This document shows, piece by piece, positions 57,991 to 64,000 of a DNA stretch of 64,000 bases (positions are counted from its first letter, which is position 1; each line of letters begins with the position of its first letter). Made by a program: the position numbers and the translations under genes. Where the stretch lies: positions 1,120,001-1,184,000 of the forward strand of contig CBDDFZ010000001.1 of assembly GCA_965227515.1 (NCBI GenBank), in the 5' to 3' direction. Source of the stretch: Alphaproteobacteria bacterium (GTDB lineage Bacteria; Pseudomonadota; Alphaproteobacteria; CALKHQ01). Below the pieces are notes generated by a model. It worked only from the letters and a program-made list of their open reading frames with translations, was not told the DNA's origin and made no database searches.

Positions 57991-59257
57991 CAGTCGTACG
58001 AGTGTTTTCTACCACGCGGCGCAGCTCTGCCAGGCAGGCCTCACGGCCGGGGCGGAAGCCCTCGCCGCGCCACCAGGCGATCACCTGCCGCAGCACGTCG
58101 CCGACCGCCGGCCCGGGCGCGGCACCCAGTGCCAGCACATCGCGCCCGGCGAGCGGGAACGCCGGGATCGGCAGGGCCGCGAGATCGTCGGCCAGCCTTG
58201 CCCAGCCGTCCGCCAGGTCCCCATCGGATGCCGACCGGGCGACCAGGCACTGGGCCAACGCGCCGCCCCGGCCCAGGTCGAGCAGTGCTGCCTGCCGCGC
58301 TGCCTTGTCGGCCTCAGGCGCAATGCCGGGGTGGCATCCGTCTCGCCCGGCAATGGCGGCCAGATAGAGGTCGTGCTCGGCCCGTGACAGGCGCAGGCGT
58401 TCGGCGATATGCGCGGCACCGGCGGAGGTCAGCAGCGCCAGCAGCACGACGGACGGCGCGGTCGCGCCCACCTCTTCGGCCAATGCGCGCGCAGCCTCGG
58501 CACCGGGGCCGGTGACGACGGCATGGCCGCGGGCAAAGCCCGCATGATCGTCCAGGCCCGGTGCGATATGGGCCAATATGCCATCCGCGATCATGTCGCC
58601 GACCGCCTCCACCGCGCGCGCCTGCGGCAAGGTGCGCAGGATTTCGGTGCGGATGCGTTCGCCGGCCAAACGATCCAGTCCGTGCACCAGCGCCTTGCAG
58701 GCAGCGCGCGCCGGTGCATCCAACGGCGGGGTGCCGTAGCCCGCATAGAAGCGGAAGAACCGCAACAGACGCAGATAGTCTTCCTTGATGCGGGTTGCCG
58801 GGTCGCCGACGAAGCGCACCCGTCCGGCCTTGAGGTCGGCGGCGCCGTCGAACGGATCGAACACCTCTCCGTGGCGGTCGCAATAGAGCGCGTTGATCGT
58901 CAGGTCGCGGCGGGCGGCGTCCTGGCGCCAGTCGTCGGTGAAGGCGATTGTCGCGCGACGCCCGTCGGTGTCGACGTCGCGGCGCAGGGTCGTGATCTCG
59001 ATCCGCTGCCGGCTGGCGACTGCGGTGACCGTGCCGTGGTCGATGCCCGTGGGTATGGCCCGGATGCCGGCATCCGCCAGCAGGGTCATCACCTTGTCCG
59101 GCTGCAAGGTGGTCGCGAGGTCGACATCGGTGACCGGCCGCCCGGCCAGCGTGTCGCGCACGCAGCCGCCGACGAACCGCACCGCACCGCTGGGCAGGGC
59201 GTCAAGGACGCGCTGAACGGCGGGCCCGTTCATCCATTCGCCTGCAATCTTCAGCAT
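57986..59257 (-). CDS. cca: CCA tRNA nucleotidyltransferase
   Basis: RFVGGCVRD, DVDLAT, EITTLRRD, DAARRDLTINAL, EDYLRLLRFFRF. Confidence 0.93.
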   Translation of the reverse strand: MLKIAGEWMNGPAVQRVLDALPSGAVRFVGGCVRDTLAGRPVTDVDLATTLQPDKVMTLLADAGIRAIPTGIDHGTVTAVASRQRIEITTLRRDVDTDGRRATIAFTDDWRQDAARRDLTINALYCDRHGEVFDPFDGAADLKAGRVRFVGDPATRIKEDYLRLLRFFRFYAGYGTPPLDAPARAACKALVHGLDRLAGERIRTEILRTLPQARAVEAVGDMIADGILAHIAPGLDDHAGFARGHAVVTGPGAEAARALAEEVGATAPSVVLLALLTSAGAAHIAERLRLSRAEHDLYLAAIAGRDGCHPGIAPEADKAARQAALLDLGRGGALAQCLVARSASDGDLADGWARLADDLAALPIPAFPLAGRDVLALGAAPGPAVGDVLRQVIAWWRGEGFRPGREACLAELRRVVENTRTTD

Positions 59258-59354
59258 CTTCCGTTACCGCGTGCCCCGGGCATGACATCGGTTATGCCAG
59301 AGCCTATGGTGCGGCCGCATCACGAAAGGGCGTTGGGGCACCCGTCGCCGCCAT

Positions 59355-59813
59355 GTGGGAACAACAATCGGAAGGCATATCGTGACGGAACTGCGCACTG
59401 CGCTCGATCAGTTTTCGCGAGCGGTTGCATCGGACGATCCCAAGAAACGTGCCGAGGCGGCGGACGATCTGGGGGATGTGATCGAGGAGGCCGACTTCGG
59501 GCGGAACGAGGCCGAATCCGCCGCCGCCATGTTGCTGGAGATCGCGTACCACGACGGAGACGACGTGGCGCGGGAGGCGCTGCTCAATACGTTGTGCATG
59601 CTGGTGGCGCGCTATCCGGCGCTTTCCCTGCGCTGGGAATTGCTGACCGAGTTGCTGGACACGATTGACGCCACTTTGGTGCCATATGTGCTGGAGGCGC
59701 TGTCCTGGGCCAAGGATCGCCGCTTGCGCCCGGTCTTCGAACGCTACATCGATCACCCGGACCTGCAGGCGCGCGACGCCGCCGTCCAGGGGCTGCAATT
59801 CATCGACTCCTGA
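59355..59813 (+). CDS. Small HEAT-repeat-like helical protein
   Basis: SDDPKKRAEAADDLG, DDVAREALLNTL, HPDLQARDAAVQGL. Confidence 0.6.
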   Translation: MGTTIGRHIVTELRTALDQFSRAVASDDPKKRAEAADDLGDVIEEADFGRNEAESAAAMLLEIAYHDGDDVAREALLNTLCMLVARYPALSLRWELLTELLDTIDATLVPYVLEALSWAKDRRLRPVFERYIDHPDLQARDAAVQGLQFIDS

Positions 59814-59848
59814 CCCGTCGGACGCAGGCCCGGCGCCCGCGCTGTCGC

Positions 59849-60175
59849 CTACTCGAAGCGCCCCGGCTGCAATTCGCCGTCGATCAGTTGCGTCGGCACG
59901 TACTGGCTGCCGGGCGGGTTGCGCTCGAACTCGGCCACCAGCAACAGCACGGCCGCCATCAGAACCAGCCCGACGCCGCCCAGCACCAGCCACGGTGCCC
60001 GGTCGATCAGGCCCTTGGCGGTGCCTTGACCTGTGTTGTCTTGGCCCGTGTTGTCCTGACTGGTGTTGTCCTGACCGGTGGCGCCGGTGCGGCGGAGTGT
60101 CAGCCAGCGATAGCCCAGGTAGAGCACGGTGGGTGCCAGCAGGGGCAGCACGACGGTGAGCAGGATCCGTATCAT
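59849..60175 (-). CDS. DUF6111-like small membrane protein
   Basis: MIRILL..PLLAPTVLY, YVPTQLIDGELQPGRFE; conserved position between Nudix and cca. Confidence 0.8.
   Translation of the reverse strand: MIRILLTVVLPLLAPTVLYLGYRWLTLRRTGATGQDNTSQDNTGQDNTGQGTAKGLIDRAPWLVLGGVGLVLMAAVLLLVAEFERNPPGSQYVPTQLIDGELQPGRFE
60020..60076. repeat. 15-bp in-frame tandem repeat (x3 plus a partial unit)
   Basis: TGTGTTGTCTTGGCC / CGTGTTGTCCTGACT / GGTGTTGTCCTGACC encode GQDNT-SQDNT-GQDNT. Confidence 0.85.
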
Positions 60176-60819
60176 GAGGCCGGCACCTCGGTGTCGTCAC
60201 CGTGCAGGTGCCGCGCCAGGCTGGCCAGCATGCCGGCGGTGGCGCCCCAGATGACATGGCGCCGGTACGGCACTTCGTAGAACGTGCGCTTGCGCCCGGC
60301 GATGGTGCGCGCCGCCCGCCGGAAATTGGCCGGGTCGGTAACGTGGGCCAGCGGCGCCTCGAACACGTCGGCCACTTCCTCGGCACACAGATTGAGTGCG
60401 GGCAGGACGCGGATCAGCCCGACGACGGGGGTGACCAGGAAGCCGGTACCGGTGACATATTGCGGCAGCCGCCCGAGGACGCGGATGTGGTCGCGGCTCA
60501 CCCCGATCTCCTCCTCGGTCTCGCGCAGCGCGGCGTCGACCGGGTGCGGGTCGTCGGCGTCGATGGCGCCGCCGGGAAAGCTGATCTGGCCGGCATGCAT
60601 GCGCAGGTCGGCGCTGCGGATGGTGAACAGCACGGTCAGGTCGGGTGTGCGTTCGACGATCGGCACCAGCACCGCCGCCGGCCGCAACGCATCGACAGGC
60701 GTGTTCGGATTGGCGCCCATGCCAGGGTTGAGGTCGGCATCGCCGATGGCCGCCAGGTCGCCCAGGTCGGCGCCTTCGCTGAACGCCGCCGTCAGGCTGG
60801 AGCGTGTGATCAACGTCAT
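60172..60819 (-). CDS. CoA pyrophosphatase (Nudix, NudL-like)
   Basis: PAAVLVPI, HAGQISFPGG, AALRETEEEIG, IWGATAGML. Confidence 0.92.
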   Translation of the reverse strand: MTLITRSSLTAAFSEGADLGDLAAIGDADLNPGMGANPNTPVDALRPAAVLVPIVERTPDLTVLFTIRSADLRMHAGQISFPGGAIDADDPHPVDAALRETEEEIGVSRDHIRVLGRLPQYVTGTGFLVTPVVGLIRVLPALNLCAEEVADVFEAPLAHVTDPANFRRAARTIAGRKRTFYEVPYRRHVIWGATAGMLASLARHLHGDDTEVPAS

Positions 60820-61436
60820 GGCGCGAGCCTGCCGAGCTCGAAATACGCGCCGCTGCTCCACACCCCGAGCACATTGTCGTGACCGGCATCGCCGTTTTCG
60901 GTCGCCAGGGCCACGTCGACCAGATGGTAAAACACCGGGCGCGCCAGCCGCGCCTCCAGCCGGTCGCGGACGTGGACGTAGGGCGACGGTTCGCCGGATT
61001 CGGGGTCGATCTCGACCCGCAGCGGGTGGTCGGCGCCGGCGGTAACCCAGTCGTCCAGATTGGTGCGGAACTTCAGCGTCTGGCCGCGGCCCCGGCCGTC
61101 GACCGCCATTTCCACCGCGATGAAAGGGGCATCGTCCACATCGATGACGCCGCGCTCCACGGGGGTCACCAGCCAGAAGCGCCCGTCATCATCTCGCCGT
61201 AATACGCTTGCAAACAATTTGACCAGCGCTTTGCGGCCGATCGGCGAGCCGTGATACAACCACGTACCGTCCCGGGCGATCCGCATGTCAAAGTGTCCGC
61301 AACTTTCGTCCGCGTATGATTTGGTGTCGCCAATTGGCACGGACGATGCAGAGTTTCCGAGAGACGACAACCCAAGGGACGACAGGGCGCGACTGGCGGC
61401 GTGGTCACGCGAGGTTTCGGCGGGGTTTCGGGACAT
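60816..61436 (-). CDS. DUF1285 family protein
   Basis: MRIARDGTWLYHGSPIGR, LVTPVE, DDAPFIAV, PYVHVR, GVWSSG. Confidence 0.9.
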   Translation of the reverse strand: MSRNPAETSRDHAASRALSSLGLSSLGNSASSVPIGDTKSYADESCGHFDMRIARDGTWLYHGSPIGRKALVKLFASVLRRDDDGRFWLVTPVERGVIDVDDAPFIAVEMAVDGRGRGQTLKFRTNLDDWVTAGADHPLRVEIDPESGEPSPYVHVRDRLEARLARPVFYHLVDVALATENGDAGHDNVLGVWSSGAYFELGRLAP

Positions 61437-61520
61437 CTCTACTGCTCGAAATCGTGATCGTTCATCCGCCGCGGGTTTGACCTATATGGTATCGACAAGG
61501 CCACTATGGGAGAGGCAAGC

Positions 61521-62567
<1,047 letters not shown>

Positions 62568-62583
62568 GCCCGGCGAGCGCTTC

Positions 62584-63459
62584 GTGTCACTCGCGATCCA
62601 GCAACGCGCCGAACACATTGCCGGCACTCTGCCGCCCCTGCTGGCGGCGGCGGAGCGGATTGCCGCCAATGTCACGCCCGGCGGCCACGGCCGCCGCCGC
62701 GTCGGCCCCGGCGATGCGTTCTGGCAGTACCGCCGCTACGACCATGGCGATCCGGTGCAGCGCATCGACTGGCGGCGCTCGGCCAAGGGCGACCACCTGT
62801 TCGTGCGCGAGCGCGAGTGGGAGGCGGCGCAGTCGGTGTGGCTGTGGTGCGACCAGTCGCCGTCGTCGCGCTATGCCAGCCACCGGACGCTGCCGGAGAA
62901 GGCCGACCGCAACGCGATCCTGGGCCTGGCCCTGGCGGCCCTGCTGGTGCGCGGCGACGAGCGCATCGGCCTGTTGTCGGACGATGACGGGCCGGGCCTG
63001 CGCGCTGCCTCCGGGCGCGCGGCGCTGAACCGGCTGGCGGAGGCCATGCTGTCGCGGCGCGGCGAGGCGAAGGCCAGCCTGCCCCACGCCGATGCGGTGC
63101 CGCGTCACGCCCATGTGGTGCTGATCGGCGATTTGCTGGCGCCGTTGCAGGAAACCGAGACCGTGGTGCAGCAATTGCTGTCCAGGCGGACCAAGGGCCA
63201 CCTGGTGCACGTGCTGGACCCGGCGGAGACCAGCCTGCCGTTCACCGGCCGTACCCGGTTTGAGGGCATGGAGGCGGAGGGCTCGTTGCTGATCCGCCGC
63301 TCCGAGGCCATTCGCGACGATTATCGCGGCCGGCTGGACAGCCACATCGCGGGTCTGCGCGACCTCGCGCGGCGCACCGGCTGGACCTACAATCTGCATG
63401 TCACCGACGGGTCGCCGGAGAGCGCCTTGCTGTCGCTCTACATGGCGATCGCAGGGTAG
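62584..63459 (+). CDS. DUF58 (vWA-like) protein
   Basis: HGRRRVGPGDAFWQYRRY..GD..RIDWRRSAK, VREREWE. Confidence 0.92.
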   Translation: MSLAIQQRAEHIAGTLPPLLAAAERIAANVTPGGHGRRRVGPGDAFWQYRRYDHGDPVQRIDWRRSAKGDHLFVREREWEAAQSVWLWCDQSPSSRYASHRTLPEKADRNAILGLALAALLVRGDERIGLLSDDDGPGLRAASGRAALNRLAEAMLSRRGEAKASLPHADAVPRHAHVVLIGDLLAPLQETETVVQQLLSRRTKGHLVHVLDPAETSLPFTGRTRFEGMEAEGSLLIRRSEAIRDDYRGRLDSHIAGLRDLARRTGWTYNLHVTDGSPESALLSLYMAIAG

Positions 63460-63471
63460 GGGGCGGCAAAC

Positions 63472-64000
63472 ATGCTCACCCTCGGCGCTCTGGCGTTTAC
63501 CGCACCGTGGATCCTGGCCGCGCTGATCGCGCTGCCGATCATCTGGTGGTTGCTGCGCGTCACCCCGCCGGCGCCGAAGCGGGTGCTTTTCCCGGCGATC
63601 CGCCTGCTGTTCCAGATTCGCCAGCGCGAGGAAACACCGGCGCGCACGCCGTGGTGGCTGATCCTGCTGCGCCTGGTTCTGGCAGCCCTGGTGATCCTGT
63701 CGCTGGCCGGGCCGGTGCTCAATCCGTCGTCGACCGGCGGCGGCTCCGACCCGCTGGTCGTGATCGTCGACAATGGCTGGACCTCGGCACGGCAATGGGA
63801 TGCGCGCCAGGCGATGCTGGATGATTTGCTCGCCCAGGCGGAGCGCGACGGCCGCACGGTCGCGGTGCTGACCTCCGCGCCCCAGGCGACCGGCGAGCCG
63901 CCCCGGGTGACCGAGTTCATGGCCGCCGTCGACGCACGCGCGTTCGTGCAGAGCCTGGCGCCGCAGCCGTGGCCGGTCGACCGGGTCGCGCTGGCCGGCG
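63472..64000 (+). CDS. BatA-domain/DUF4159-type membrane protein (truncated by window end)
   Basis: Manual translation MLTLGALAFTAPWILAALIALPIIWWLLRVTPPAPKRVLFPAIRLL..TPWWLILLRL..VDNGW. Confidence 0.85.
   Translation, partial: MLTLGALAFTAPWILAALIALPIIWWLLRVTPPAPKRVLFPAIRLLFQIRQREETPARTPWWLILLRLVLAALVILSLAGPVLNPSSTGGGSDPLVVIVDNGWTSARQWDARQAMLDDLLAQAERDGRTVAVLTSAPQATGEPPRVTEFMAAVDARAFVQSLAPQPWPVDRVALAG

Overview
GC-rich chromosomal segment of a free-living alphaproteobacterium (Rhodospirillales-like gene order; many acidic secreted proteins). The conserved blocks are polA; udg-NYN / rpoZ-rsh-acpS-lepB-rnc-era-recO; pgk; helicase-Hsp15-fdxA-carD; an LPS-type GT9/GT2/GT4-asnB cluster; a TRAP transporter; and cca-DUF6111-Nudix-DUF1285 / MoxR-DUF58-BatA. 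Single accessory genes are interspersed: an AT-rich orphan membrane gene, ligAB, an IS5-family element sitting in the polA stop codon, a stand-alone YopT/C58-type cysteine protease, an FNT channel, a DUF1778-GNAT toxin-antitoxin pair, a 1025-aa orphan exported protein, two pairs of tandem paralogous exported proteins and a solo Anbu-like protease. I saw no rRNA, tRNA, CRISPR array or prophage. The most striking non-coding signal is a dispersed ~110-bp hairpin element (five copies plus one core-deleted scar). Its asymmetric loop occurs in both orientations relative to its flanks, and one copy shows compensatory arm changes. Three other palindromic repeat types and a LexA-boxed, frameshifted orphan gene divergent from polA are also present. 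All product calls come from motif recognition by eye, not database searches.
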